Positions 41,628 to 55,796 of a DNA stretch of 64,000 nucleotides are shown here, in pieces. The notes beneath the pieces are model-generated. The model was given only the letters and a program-made list of their open reading frames with translations. It had not been told where the DNA came from and searched no databases. Within the stretch, counting starts at the first letter, position 1; every line of letters starts with the position of its first letter. The position numbers were made by a program, and so were the translations under genes. Source of the DNA: Bigelowiella natans CCMP2755 (taxonomy: Eukaryota > Protista > Cercozoa). The stretch spans positions 1-64,000 of the forward strand of contig ADNK01002609.1 in NCBI GenBank assembly GCA_000320545.1, written 5' to 3'.

Positions 41628-42065
41628 AATGATGATAACAAGGAACAGTAGCACAAGTTCCATGTTGCGGTTTTCTTTGATAGCTGATTGTTTTCTTCTT
41701 GTTGTTGTTTTGTTGTTTTGTTGTTGTGGTGGCATTAGATATCCATGCCTGATAGAATTACAAACACTTTAAACCTACCGAACGGCCAAAAGGTAATTAA
41801 AGACAATATCACGATGGTGGTGGTGGTGGCGATAATGATGATGTTGTATGAAATATCCAGAACACGTTGTACAGTAATTCTGTATTGATTAATTAACAGC
41901 TACATCGTCCCACCGTCATCAACTGCTATGCGGGCTATTTCGACTCCGTTGAATCGTAACTTTCTCTAATGATAACGAGTCTATACTCCCCTCCCCCCCC
42001 CCCCCCCCCCCCCTTTCCGCCACCCTAGCTCTTTGGGAATGCATGATGCTGAGAATAATAAGGCG

Positions 42066-42109
<44 letters not shown>

Positions 42110-43508
42110 GTGTGTGTGATTATTGTGTGTGCGGGTAGATGGTGGAGGCAATGGAAGAAGTTCATGTTTGAGACAAATGTAAACGTTGGGTCTGGTAATG
42201 ATAGCTAATGTTCCGGTGCTGTTTGATGTCTGTCTGTGCGTGCATGCGCGCGCGTGTGTGTTGGTGCTTGTGGAAATCTATTCAAGCGCTATCAAAAGAG
42301 TGTTTGTGAACAAAATAGAAACGTATCCAGTTTTGGTGCCCAATCGTATCAGTATCATTGATGCAACGAATTCAAATATCTCTGATATCATCTCCATATC
42401 CCATCATCCTCATCAATCGACGTCATCATCATCATCGTCGTCGTCGTCATCACCATCAACATCAACATCGTCGCCCAGAAGTTGTTGGTTGTGTTGTACA
42501 GAAGAACGGAAGGTCGCACAGTTGCTGACGAAGATCAATCACTTCAAGTAAGCAGCCGACACTTCAAATCGTCATCATCACCATCATCGTCATCGCCACC
42601 ATGACACAAACGACGAGCTATTAGCGCGCTGCTTGATATGTGCTCTTGCTCGCTTGAGTCGCTGATGGCTACACACACACACACACACACACATTCTTAT
42701 GCGGGTTTCTATTCTTCAACCAACCACTTATATAAAGGTATCCGGCGTTGTCTCAGGATGAAAGCAGGATAAGCCTACCCCTGCAGGTATTGTTTCACTA
42801 GCATAGAGCACGATCGCAACACCACACACGATCTCTGTCCTATGAACGGTTGATACCTCTTTGAGTTCTCCCTCCTCCTATTCCTCCTCCCCCCCCTCCC
42901 CCCCCTCCCCCCCTTCCTCTTGCAGACTATCGCAATTGCCATCTTCGACTCAATTCTAGTTCACATGGTAGTTGCAGTAAGTAGTAGTAATATGCCATTA
43001 AAAATGTATCTGCCTATGGCCACTACAATGGTGCTGTGTTCGCAGATGTCGGTGAGATTACTGCTCGATTGTGGAAAAAAGGAGGAGCTCTCCAGGATGT
43101 TGTAGATTTGTGGTTCGCAAGTGCGTGCGTGCGTGCGTCGTCGTTGTCGCTGCCGTTGTCGTGTTCTTCTTGCGTACTACTTTGAGAATATTACTAACAT
43201 TGTTGGCCAGATGCAGCGGGTCTCGCCTGGCAAATGGCATGAGCTTCGAACGACGATGTGTCGGAGTTTGAACAAGAATAAGGTATCAGACAATGGGATG
43301 TGTGTTGTGATGCTGTCGTCGCCGTCGTCGTCAATGATGATGATGATGATGCTGATGATGATGCTGATGATGATGCTGATGATAATGATGGTAATCATCT
43401 TGCGGTGATATTCGTTTCCCCAGAATCATATTAGGCATTGATTCGTCATTCTTTATTTTTCACCCCCCCCCCCCTCTCTCTTTCTCTCCTTCCTTCTCCA
43501 TATTTATA

Positions 43509-43549
<41 letters not shown>

Positions 43550-44036
43550 CCCCTTTCATGTGATTCGTCCTTCTTTTTCTTTTTCGCCACATATATGTGT
43601 TCTATGCATCATCCCCATCATCATCACCATCACCATGCTTCTTTGTTTTGAATATGCAAATTGCAGACGCCGCGCACACTAGAGATTCTCCGAACAGAGT
43701 GAGAACGAACCGGCATCTTTCCTCCCCTTCACACACGCACATATACTACCCAAGAAAATTAAAATGTATCTTCCACGTAAGATTTGAAAGTAAGTGTGTG
43801 TGTGTGTGTGTGTGCTGCGGCGCAGATATGGCCAGAACGACATTATCTTCATTCAAGAAGCGTCCTCCGCCTTCGTCTTAGCGGCCTCGGTAGATGGTTT
43901 GATGATGGATGGGTGATGCCGGTGAAACCGACAGGGAAGAGCATCCCTGCGGCCACCTCTTCCTCTTTCCAACCACACCACCACCTCAACTTTGCATGCG
44001 GGGATTGGGGATGACACGGGCACTGGTTATGTTTGT

Positions 44037-44080
<44 letters not shown>

Positions 44081-45424
44081 CTTGTTTTCAAAACGATGTT
44101 AGCTATTACAACCAAAATATCTGCGGCACATTCGCAGCCCTTCTCACTTGCAAACCATCCATATACTGTCAGAGGGATGATCATATAAGCGCTGAGTATC
44201 ACGTCGTTTCCCCCGCTCGAATGGTGAGTTTGCTGCGTCTGTCGGTCTTCGTGTATCGTTCGTAATCATCGTGCAAAATGAGGGAAAATAGGAGGAGGCT
44301 TTCGTATTCTACAACATTGTTTCATCGCTGCGATTTTTTACCCGCGGCATCAGTATCTTACCACCAGCATAATCATCATCATCATCACCGTCATCGTTAT
44401 CATCATCATCGTTATCATCATCTTCATCGTCATCGTCATCATCGTCAGGATCCGAAAAGAGACCAAAACTCCCTCATCTTTCTGAGAAGGTAGTAGAAAT
44501 TACCATGACTTGGCCAAATATGTATTATATATATTGTTTGTTTGTGTGTGTGTGTGTGTGTGTGTGCCTTTCCGTCGTTAACATCTTCATTGATAACAAA
44601 CTACTCAAGACGCTCCTTCAAGTTTCACTCAATGCGAGAGATCACTGAAATTGTAAAGGTAGTAGTGAAGAATCGCTCTCCTCCTCCTCCTCCTCCTCCT
44701 CCTCCTCCTCCTTCTCCTTCTCCTCACCTCCCTATTTCCCGCATCATTATAGCTAGCATTCGCTCTCAAGCCCTGTCTTCTGAGACTGCAGTGTCATTTT
44801 ATGTTGTAATTGGGCGATATGCTACTGCTGCTGCCGCTGATAATAATAATAATTATTTAATTGATTGATTGATTGATTGATTGATTGATAGGAGGAGTTG
44901 TCCAAGAATGGGGAGAAAGTGCCGGTTTCCGATGGCGACATCTTTGCTATTAGGTTGTGTACTTTATATGCGTGAGAGGCGAGGGGGGGGAGAGGTGGGT
45001 TCTGGTGGAGAAGTGCGTTCGTTGTTGTGTGTGTGTGTGTGTGTGTTTGTCATTACTCCTCCTCCTCCTCCTCCTCCTCCTCCTCCTCCCATTCTTCTCC
45101 TGTTGTTCAACTCTTCTCTCCCCCCCCCCCCTTTCCTCCTTCTCTCCAGGGCGCTCGATAACTTTGGAAGGAAATATATCCTCGCGTAATACCTACTAAC
45201 ACAGCAATAGCACAGAGATGCCTGCACAGCGCACAAATGACGCCACATATCTTACGGCGCGTATTGTCTCTCAACCTGCTGCTGTCTGTCTGTTGTGCTT
45301 CTTCTTCTTCTTCGAGAAAAGGTCGTTCCACGGGGATACAAACGGCTTGGCCACGATTCCAGTCGTATCCGCGGTTGATAAGGTCTGCACGCACGCACTA
45401 GGGAGAGATGGGATGTAGTATTCG

Positions 45425-45458
<34 letters not shown>

Positions 45459-45588
45459 CTGTGTTGTAGTTGCTGCGCTAGTAGGAGTAGTAGTAGTAAG
45501 AAGAAGAAGATACTGAGGCTGTAGCATATGTTTATATACTACATATCACCTATGTGATGGAAATTCCGAAGATGGCGATGATAATGAC

Positions 45589-45622
<34 letters not shown>

Positions 45623-45962
45623 GTGATTCTAGTGTGATTCTAGTGTGATTCTTGCCTCAGTAGCAACAACAAAAACAACAACAACAACAACAACAAAACT
45701 AACAATAACAGCTACAACTACTACATCTGCTGCCACTGCTCCTTCTTGTCACCATTCGCCATCATCAATCATGAGCCCATCGTCCCCTTCTACCATTTTT
45801 ATGCATATGCAGAGTGTTATGAAGATGGAGGGCCGGCATCGACTAATCTTCGGGCTTGACGCAAATACGTGCTACAAACACCATCATATCGGATAGCAAT
45901 AATACACATACTGAACATGCACACGGAATTCCCTCCCCCCTCCCTCCCTCCTCCTTCTACAC

Positions 45963-45998
<36 letters not shown>

Positions 45999-46246
45999 TA
46001 AAGGTATGAAAGGGGCAACCGGAAACGGCAGGATATGAACGAATTTGTCCAGGTCTCGAAACAAATACGCAGCACAGACGCTTGTTGTTGTCGTGACTTT
46101 GCACCCTCTTTGGAAGATGTGAGCTTCCGTTCGGTTACTGCTTTGCTGAGCGCACACAGGCACACTCGTACAACAACACACATTAGATTCTCATTGCTTG
46201 TTGTGTTTTGTCGTGCTGTCGCTGCTGCTGCTGCTACTGCTATATG

Positions 46247-46283
<37 letters not shown>

Positions 46284-46738
46284 GGCTGCAGCACTACCGC
46301 TCCCTCGGAATACGATCATGCTGGGGTATATCTTATTCAACGCTTTCGATGCGAAATCCATCCAAATCTGCCAGTCTTTGCCAAGAGAACTGATCTTAGA
46401 CGAGACCATCGTTGTTTCCTTTTTGTGCTCCGCGTCACTGCCCGCCAGACCAAAATCGCCAGTGCTTTTCAGTACATCATTTCGCTTTCTACATTCGTTC
46501 TCCAGCAGCAGCATTATCATATCCGGGTGTGCTAATACTGCGGTGTTTGCTGCTTATGTGAAAGGCGGCCGGCCAAAGGCGAACAACTATACTACGTATA
46601 ACGCCAGAACGTATCTGCAACCTCAGTAGAGGGGGAGGGGGAGGGGGAGAGAGTGCCAGAGAACATTGCCTGATTACGATCTCTTTGCAGCTGAATAAAG
46701 CATCCAAAAAGAGCGAATTTGTCGAAAAAGGTAGTAGT

Positions 46739-46769
<31 letters not shown>

Positions 46770-47796
46770 TTAAGTATTAGTGGTGGTGGTGGTGAGAAAG
46801 CAGTCATTGTAGTGGTCATCATCATCTTTCTCCCTCGGTCTCTTGGGAGTGCTATCATTTCCATTCTATTCTCTCAATGCGTACGCGCTTGTGCGGGAAA
46901 TCTCATATTAGGCGACAGAAATCCAAAGGACTTCATCTTGTTTTACAAGGGGGACTTTCAGGTAGAAACTCGCTCCCGAAACATCGACACGACATCTGCC
47001 ATGTATTAGTTTTGTAGTAGGCGTTTCATGGAGAAGTATCGTCGATGAATCTCGATAATGCTAACTGTGGTGTGAAATGTCTCAGGAGTTCGGAACGACG
47101 AAAGACAACACCGGGAATAAAAAGTAGTTGCGTGCAGCACAAACAGAAGAAAGAACGTGGAGAAGAAGAAGAAGAAGAAGAAGAAGAAGAAGAAGAGTGC
47201 TGTATCAATAGGATGCATTGCCATAAAACGCGTATCGATAATACTCGCCTCAAACTCGAGACGCTACAATATCATCCTCCTAAAACTTTTGTGCGCTTTT
47301 TGTACCGACGAATTTCCATTCTCGAGGCAATGCAGCACTACCCATCATCATCATCATCATCATCACCGTGATCTGTCGCTCAATAGTGCATTTATATAAC
47401 GTAGGTACATCGAAGACATGGTAATACAAAGCTATATCCTTTTTCGGGTGTCGGAGGAGCAGCTACCGATCCTTTTTCTTTCCAGTTTTTTGTGATGGGC
47501 ATCCTGTTTCCTTTAATAGTGTAACGAGAACAAGCATGTATGGGGTGGCGAGGGGGGGGGGGGGGGGGTAGAAAGCAGCAAGGAAGCATGCAGATGAAAA
47601 TGTGCCGACTTGCATGCACCATTTTCTGTTTCAATGTTCTTCGTTGTATCATCTAGGAAGTAATGTGTACATCTTCTGTCCTTTACAGGTGTTCCCCACC
47701 CTCGCCTTCCCGTCGGACCATGCGGTTCTCTCCACGACTCTGGCAATTTTGAAGGACGACGACCGCCAAGATGACGGCGACGACGATGATGAGTGA
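39514..47796 (+). CDS. Endonuclease/exonuclease/phosphatase (EEP) superfamily protein with many small exons
   Basis: Motifs in order: VATWNIAAINNNPFEFW, DIIFIQE, SFHGDTNG, IFGLDAN, TTYNARTYLQPQ, KDFILF, FPSDHAVL. Stop at 47796; start approximate. Confidence 0.75.
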
Positions 47797-47899
47797 CATC
47801 TGTCGTGTGCGCGCACGCTGCGATCGGTGCATCTGTACTCTGCGCTGTTGCGAAACCATATGGGCAATGCGAGAGGGATTTGTTCAATTGTCATCCTGA

Positions 47900-48235
47900 T
47901 GTAGCCATGTAAAGCCCCACATAAACAACTAAGTCAGCATACACACCGTCGCATGCATAGCACGCACCTCGATCTCATGCATGTGTATATGTGGTCAATT
48001 AGCACCAAAGCAGCTGCACGCAGCCGCTGACGACTACAGGCATGGGACAGCACGACAAACGCTATCGTTCGCGTCATTAGCATCATGCGTGTTGCAATAC
48101 ATCGAGTACGTAAGCCAGATGTGACTAGACATATCTACATATGGCACCATGCATGCCCATAATCGCCTACCCCATCGTCTAGACCATGTGAGACGGATGT
48201 AATGAAATGTTTAATTTTTTTCAATCGTCTAGACC

Positions 48236-48280
<45 letters not shown>

Positions 48281-48350
48281 TGCAACGTTTGCATCAGCTG
48301 CAGCATACATGCTACAAGCTTGGAGCACGCACACGGTCTACAGCTGCGTA
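47900..48350. other. GCATGC/CTAG-rich tract at a convergent junction
   Basis: gcatgcat, catgcatg and ctag enrichment between the EEP gene stop (+) and the next gene stop (-). Confidence 0.55.
48174..48239. mobile_element. Second copy of the micro-insertion, with 16-bp flanking direct repeat
   Basis: atcgtctagaccatgt at 48174-48189 and 48224-48239 flanks gagacggatgtaatgaaatgtttaatttttttca. About 36/41 aligned identity to 1022-1061. Confidence 0.55.
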
Positions 48351-48472
48351 TTTAACTAATTTGAGGGGACAATGCTCGTCATCACTTTCTCACGAATTCA
48401 CCTTGGGAGCAAGCGTCTTGCCAGCTGCGGGCGAGGTTGCAGCACTCTGAGTGAATAAAATTATAGTCATCA

Positions 48473-48518
<46 letters not shown>

Positions 48519-48564
48519 CGCGTAAAGCGACGACGCGACGATAAAATCAAGGCAGGGATAAACC

Positions 48565-48599
<35 letters not shown>

Positions 48600-48602
<3 letters not shown>

Positions 48603-49475
48603 TAACTTTCTGCTTGTTAGCAGTCTCCTTATTCTTCTGCTGTTGTTCCTTCTTCTCCGCTCTCCTCGCTGCGTACTTCGCCCGTCTCCCCTCCCACTGA
48701 GAAACACCATTTGGAATACATCATCGTCGATCAACAATGCTGCTCTGATTTGAAAGCGCATCTAACAAGTGCAGTGGGATTTCGAGCAAACAAACCAACG
48801 AAGCACAACCCTCAATCGGCACGAACAGCTAGCTAGGTCATATTTTGTTGGCGTGCTGATGAACGATGGTGGGGTGGCATCTTTCAAGATATATCTCCCG
48901 TGGCGTTAGCTGCGGAGAAGACGCAAACGACCCATCGATGTGCTTTCTATCTCCATTTTAACGAATGTAGCGAACGGTGATGGATCGCATATAGCGGCAG
49001 CAGCAGCAGCAGCAGCAGCACCTCGTAGTTGAAGAGCATGTGTTTGAACCACATTCCTTCTGACCATAACGTGAGCGTCTCTCCGCGAATGCCCCAATCA
49101 TCGTCGCCCTCCCCCTCCCTCTGTTGCTCCTCCGACGGCTTTTTTGGCTGTGATAAGAGGCGGGGCAGTAAATGTGCGTGCGTGTTTTGCGTGTGTTTGT
49201 TCGAATGTAAAGAGGAATACCGTGCGTGAAAGCTTCTTCTTCACAGCCTTGACAGCCTTGACTTCTTCATTTGCAGGAGTAGTAGACACAGCGTTGTTGT
49301 TCTCACCAGTGTCCATTTTCATCATTGCATTAGCAGCTCCCACGGCAGCATTCTTCTTCTTTTCAGCGGACAATCTGCGACTGTTGCTGCTGCTGCTGCC
49401 TCCGGACTTGCGACGCTTCGGTTTCTTTTGCGATGATGACGTATCTTTCTTGACCTGTGAAAAGAGCGTGCATGC

Positions 49476-49520
<45 letters not shown>

Positions 49521-50919
49521 AGTGCGCGACTTTTAGCCCCGGGTAAGCAAAGGTTGGCTGCTGAGGATATCGTTCATGGTTTCCGTTCGCAGCATATATA
49601 GCTTGCGGCTGCTGTTGTTACTACGGTTGCTGCTGCTCCTGCTGCTGGCTGATGGTGGCGGTGGTGGTGGTGGAGATGGTGTTTCTGCTGCAGCCATAAG
49701 ATGTTCGGAATCTCGATATTTGAAAGGATGAAAGGCTGTGTGCACGAAAAATTGGTTTAAAATTCAACATCGCCAGGCTCCTTCTTCTTCGTCTTCTTCT
49801 TTTTCATACTACTACTACTACTACTACTATAACTACTCCTACTGACTTTCGTAGAAGTAGGCGTGCTAGCGCTGGTTCTCTCCCTTTTGGGGTCTCTCTG
49901 AGTGAAGATCGACACAGTCGATAGGGAGGAGGTAGAAGAAGAGGAAGAAGAGGGGAAAGAGGGGTGCAGCAGGTTAGCGTCAGTAACAACAAGCTGTGAT
50001 TAAGCCGCCACCAAGATATTTTCTCGTGGGTAATAAATGCGTTTTGCTGATTGGGGACTCTCTCTCTGTCTCTCTCTCTCTCTGTGCGTGTGTTTGTATG
50101 CACACGTGTATTTAGTGAGCAAATGTACCTGTATATTATAGACTTGGTGTTTTTTGCGGTTACGTTTCCGAGTGGGCTGATGAGAGTTATGATTCCCCTG
50201 ATGATAGAGCAAAGTACTAATAACGACGTGATGTATGGCGCAAAAAAACGAGGAGCCTTCTGCTCTCCTAATTATATACCTGGGGACGACGAATTTTATA
50301 CCCGCACATTTCCGTACCAATCGATCCAACCAACTTGTAGTAAGGAACCTTCCTTTTCTGCTGCATTAAGAATGGGGGTTTCACACGCATGAGCGCCCAA
50401 GCGGTTTGACATGTCAGCGATTCGGTGTAGAAGTGCATGTGTCGTAGTAGTCATAGCGAACATTTGTCGTCCTCCCCTCCTCCTCCTCCCCATCATACCT
50501 TCAATTCATTGATCCGCACGATCGTGGCGAGTTCCCAGGCCTTTTGATACCACACCTCGCACAGCTCACCAACTTTCCAATCTATTGCTACAGCCATGGC
50601 CTCCTCTTGTTTCTCCTCCATTGGCGCAGCCTAGGTGGGTAATGGTTTATACACATTTCGTGATCGTATCCACAAGTAATTCTCCTGCGAGAATGTGCGC
50701 ATGTGTGCACGTGCATGTGCGTCTGTGTTATCAAGCGTGTCCATTTGTCTGAACGCGACAACAGATATATCTTGAGTAAATTGCCTTTTGAATGGAGATG
50801 TTCACGAAGCCCTCATCATTTTCAGTGGTTATTATGCTTTGGGAATCTTGTCCCGAAGCGGCAACGACTGGCGGTGCCGCGACGGCATCCTGCTGCTTTG
50901 TCTGCTGCTTTGATGACAT
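48600..50919 (-). CDS. Hypothetical multi-exon protein with a Tudor/Agenet-like N-terminal segment and Lys-rich region
   Basis: ATG 50919 (MSSKQQTKQQ); exon WKVGELCEVWYQKAWELATIVRINE; exon KKDTSSSQKKPKRRKS...AVKKKLSR. 3' end approximate. Confidence 0.45.
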
Positions 50920-51878
50920 TCAAACCGATTAGAGACGATGAGATAGATGACGAGATCACATATTGCGTGAAGGAAGCTAGTTTACGACACTTAGGTCGAT
51001 AAATTTGAAAAATGGTGATATGTGCGCACAGCATTGCTGGCGAAGATACGCCAGAAACAGAGAAATTCACGTGCATATGTCGGTAGCACTCCTCAGTTGT
51101 TCGGTTTCACCTCAGCGGTATCTTTCCCGTGTAGCTGCTGCAGTGAACGTGGTATCAATAGGACGTCACTCTGCGGCCCAGATCCTCCAGCTTTCTTCTT
51201 CTCAGTCTCGCCTCCGGGGAAACCCAAGCTCCCCATAACACGAACTTTCGGATGAGGGACGAGGTCACGTCTGCCAGTCACTGATCCTAGCAAGGAAGTT
51301 TGGGTGGGATATAATCGGTTAATTGAAAAAATTATAAATTTTGTCAACGTGTGTTGATGGTCGTCAAGTGCCAGCAAGCCAGCCAGAATGATCTCAGAAT
51401 AATGCTGAAAACATCTAAGAAAAAAAAATCGCACTGTCCAGTCTCAGATGAGTTGCAGCAGGGACTAGTTTTGTTGATCTTCCAGCGAGAAAGCGCGGGA
51501 GAAATTCGTGCTAGCCTTTTCTAGTTTTGACTTCATCTGCAAGTTGTCGTAGGTATTTGATCGAACCCATTTTTATTCTCAAAACTCTGTGGGCGTTTTT
51601 CCAATTAAATTCGTGCGACACGCCCAAACCCGAAGCCAAGGGGCGCGGAAAAAGGATGTCGTACGGTAGGCTTGAGGCGAGATTTGCAAAAAACTAGCAA
51701 AAGTATGGCTAATGTGGTTGTCGTATTTTCGAATTATAGATCTTTGACGTAATTATCCCCCTTTTTGTGTGATTTTTGTCACTTAATTGCAGAAAACACA
51801 GCTCGAAACCTTTGGGCGTTACTCGCTATCCCCCTTAGTGACTCCATACTCGCCTGGAGATCCACTAAGTAGTAGACC

Positions 51879-52595
51879 ATGGAGAAAAATGGTTCTGTCC
51901 CCAATCAACCACCCCCACCAACACTTGTCCAGTATCGGAGCCCCCTCCAGATCGAGTCTCCAAATGATGAGCCAAGACTGGCAGGAATGGAGGCACTGTT
52001 ATCCAAGATTCTCCCCGACCGAATGTGGATGAATAAGGGGAATTTTCACGTACAATACGTTTCTAGTACTCCAGCAACAACTGCAGATGTTAGGAAACTG
52101 GAGGAACGCCTTGACAGGGAACTGAAAAAACAGGATGCACACAATATAGGAGTATGTAACGTGCGGTCCCGCTTGCACGAACAAGCCTTCGATGAGATCA
52201 TACGTCAGGTCACCATCACATGTGACGCACGCGGAACATTGTTGAAGAGGCTTCACGAGGAAATCAGGAAGCGGATACAGACTTATGAAACACTCTTCCA
52301 GAGTTCAAACTCTTACGGAGTCAGGTCAACCCTGAGGGGCAATAGCCACAAGGAAAAAATTAGAAATCGCATACAGGAGTTGGAGAGGGAAAATAAGCAG
52401 TTGGAATTAGATATTGAAAGACAAATGGCCAAAAGGGCGCAAATTGAGGCGAAGAATAAAGAAGAGACTCTGAAAGTGAAACAGTCCCACGTCGAACAAG
52501 TACAGCAAGCCCGCGAAAAATATGATGCGCTTATGGTTGCTTACACAGATAAGGTTAGGGTGAGTTTCGAAGATAAAAGGAAAAAGAGGAGGTAG
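51879..52595 (+). CDS. DNALI1: Axonemal inner-arm dynein light intermediate chain p28, intronless
   Basis: LLSKILPDRMW, VQYVSSTPAT, GVCNVRSRLHEQAFDEIIRQVTITCDARGTLL, YETLFQSSNSYGVR and a C-terminal coiled coil. Confidence 0.9.
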   Translation: MEKNGSVPNQPPPPTLVQYRSPLQIESPNDEPRLAGMEALLSKILPDRMWMNKGNFHVQYVSSTPATTADVRKLEERLDRELKKQDAHNIGVCNVRSRLHEQAFDEIIRQVTITCDARGTLLKRLHEEIRKRIQTYETLFQSSNSYGVRSTLRGNSHKEKIRNRIQELERENKQLELDIERQMAKRAQIEAKNKEETLKVKQSHVEQVQQAREKYDALMVAYTDKVRVSFEDKRKKRR

Positions 52596-52779
52596 TACCT
52601 CATTGGGCATCGTGTATGAAATTTAATACTCACAAGAACGAGGTAGCAAAAACTAATTCATAATGAAGCGAGTGAGGGGGGAAGTAGCAGGGTCATGCGA
52701 CATGTACTTCCGTGTGTAGGTATATGTATATACACATCATCCGAAACCAATTAGCTGCCATTATGGATCGCAGTGACGA

Positions 52780-53200
52780 CACCATTGATTAACACCAGCT
52801 GAAAGAGAAGCCCGCACCGCTGCGCGACGCATGTTTTCAATTGCATTAAGCACATAATTTAGATAAGAATAGCTAAAACAAACAGATATAATGAAAGCGT
52901 TGTGCGTAGCCGCTCGCTGCTCTGCATAGCTACATTAGGATGGCCATAGGCTAGATTTAATTGCATCATAACATACGTTTCATGCACATATTTGTGTAGT
53001 GCGACACGATGCTATATAATGTCGTATGTCTAAATTGATGCACCGTTGCCATGCCACGCGCGCATGAGCGTAATTATTACGCATGCTATATATATGCTGC
53101 TACATTGCTGCAAGTCGCCGTGCATGCCTAACTAGCATAGCTTGAATGTATGTATCTTCCCTTGTTACATATCACATGAGAGCATCGCGTAGCATGGATG
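52780..53200. other. GCATGC/TAGC-rich tract at a convergent junction (p28 / CDC6)
   Basis: gcatgc, tgcatagc and ctagcatagc enrichment between stops at 52595 (+) and 53374 (-). Confidence 0.55.
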
Positions 53201-53373
53201 GCTAACTTTTATCATTTATAAGAGATCTTAATTTACTTCAAAATAACAAGGTGAAACCGGGCACCATATCGTCTAGATACAGCGACAGTTGAAAATATTT
53301 ACAGTTTAAAATTTGAACGGCAGCCATGAAAACTTTCTGGGGTATACAACTACTGCTTATTCTCAACCCTCTG

Positions 53374-54398
53374 CTACCCTTCAAGCTCGTCGAAAACAGA
53401 GCGAATGTGCTTCATATCCTGCGCCGCGAATTTTATGTCAGAGATCTTGCAAATTAATCTCACCCGTCGTTTCGACATCAGCTTCGCTCTGGTGACGGAA
53501 ACAAGGCCGTTCTCTGACAGTCCTGTGATCAGGTCAATGAACTGGGGATGTGAGGGATTGCATGATTTTAAGGTTGGCAGGCGGCTCGCGATGCGGCCGT
53601 TGGAGAACCCCTTGAACCACTTGGTGAATCGCGCGATGGTCACGTCTTTGCTTTTGTATATTTGGTGGTAAAATGCGAAAAGAGTGAGGAGCATCTTCTC
53701 CTGGATCGGAAGGGCTTTGATGCGAGAGACGTACTCCGACCCCATCGAGCCGCTCAGCACGCGAGCCATGATGGATATGGTCACTTTTCCGCCATCACTA
53801 TTTTCGTCTTGTTCTTCAGCGATCACTTGGTCGAGGCATTGCCTGATGTGAAGGAGGCAGTATATACACGACTACTCAGCCATGCGAAAATGGGGGCGGG
53901 GGAGGGGGGCGACCAAGAACGAAAAGGGGTTGGCTTGTCATGCTTTCTCTCGCTTACTTACCGGCAGATATCCATGCACTTTCGCACATCGCCTGAAACA
54001 GCAGAAACCTAGTCGAAAAGGGAGAGGAGTAGGGGCAAACTATCAGTGGAAAATTCTTCAAAGCCTGCCATGCCTCTACGAGAAACTGAAGTAAGAGAAT
54101 TAGACCTTTCGAGCGCAGAATTGTAGGGCTCTGTCGTCAAAGAAGCTCTCCTCCTCCTCATCCTTTTCGTCATCTTCATCGTCATCACTGTCATCATCTT
54201 CTGCTTTCTTATTTGTTGTAGCAGCTATGCGCCGAGGAAGAACGGATTCAAAGCGAGCTCGAACGATATCAGAGAGTTCGGTGTGTGTGTAGGGCCTAAA
54301 CACGAGCAGCTTTGGCTCGCAGGAGCGCGCGCGCAAACGTGGGAGGAACCGGTCGGTCAAGTCGATGTTATTCGATATTCCTGAAAGTGCATAACACA

Positions 54399-54438
<40 letters not shown>

Positions 54439-55796
54439 GGGGAGAAGAGGGGATAAGTGCACAAGAAATTCACCTCTTGATCTTGATGTCGGTTAATTTT
54501 CGCGACGTCTTTCATTAAATCAATCATTACCAATGAGAACGACACTGGAACCGTACTTCTTAGGCCAGTCAAACAATTGATAGAGAACCGTCTGACGACG
54601 AGGAACGATAAATGATGAGAGAAGAATATAACGAATTTCAATGTCCCTTCCACAAAATTCAGTGTGCAGTGTCGAGTAATTATGCATCACACAGGCGAAT
54701 GTATTCACATCAGGTTGAGGATAATTGCATATGGTCTCACCTGCGATCGTGTCAGTAGCGCATCGATCTCATCTATCACACAGACTCTGCGAACATTGAT
54801 AAAATAAGTATTCGTTATGTTTAGCCGCAAGAGGATGAAGAATTCTGAATTAAGATGTACGTGAAGCGCTTATGGTTTTCGAGGAATTCGGTACGCAGCT
54901 CCCTGGCAGCTTCTATCGCATTTGAGCATCGTATCGAAGGTTGGATTTCCCTCAAAATTTCGCTGTAGATTTCTTGAGGTCTGGCGAGTGTCATTGCATT
55001 TATCTCCACAAGATTCACATTGAGGGATGAGTTGGCGGCAAGCACTTCACGACATACTTTGCCTACACAAAGCGATTTCCCTGTTCCAGGGCTGCCGCAG
55101 ATGTATAAGCTATCCCCATGCTTGTTCTCGAGAGAAGCGGCTGAGATTTATGTGCATATTTACACAACGGGAAGTTGTCTATCTACATATTCTGGTGCAG
55201 AATCTATGCTACTGTTACTTCAGCATGACATCTTTCCCCCCTTAAATTCACTAGTTATTTCAATCGTGAGTTTTTGTTTCAGTCATTTATGTGTCAGTAT
55301 AAATACATAGATAATTAGATAATTGCAAATACAGAAGAATGACACAATACAATCTGCTCCTTGTTACTAAGGCTGGCAATAAGGGGCACCTAAGAAGTTG
55401 CGAATCTGAGACTGTTCACTATTCCTACAGCAAACAGATTCTGGAGGTGTGCTTGTCCGAAGGACTTCCCTGAGCTTGGACACCACATCTCGGAGCTTTC
55501 CCTCTTCATTCTCTTTGTTGTTCTCCTGGTCACTTGCAACTAGATTTTGTGGTTTGAGCTCCACCTTTCTGTCCGAAGGGTAGTGCACCTTCTTCACTTT
55601 CTTCGAGAGAGTGGTGGGGGCAGTTTTCGTTGCCTTCGCGCAAGTTGAGGTATCTCGTCGGCCTAAGAAAACCAGCGTCATCATCTCATGTAACACATCC
55701 AAATGTAGATCGATACAAATCCTCCATACGTTTCTCTTTTCTCCAAACGTTCATTCTGGTCTGCCTAGGGCGCCCAGCAGTCCGTCTCGTTGGCAT
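53374..55796 (-). CDS. CDC6: Replication licensing AAA+ ATPase CDC6
   Basis: ATG 55796 (MPTRRTAGRPRQ); Walker A LYICGSPGTGKS; Walker B VIDEIDAL; GISNNIDLTDRFLPRL...LLVFRPYT; SGDVRKCMDICR; winged-helix C-terminus (LPIQEKMLL). Confidence 0.92.
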
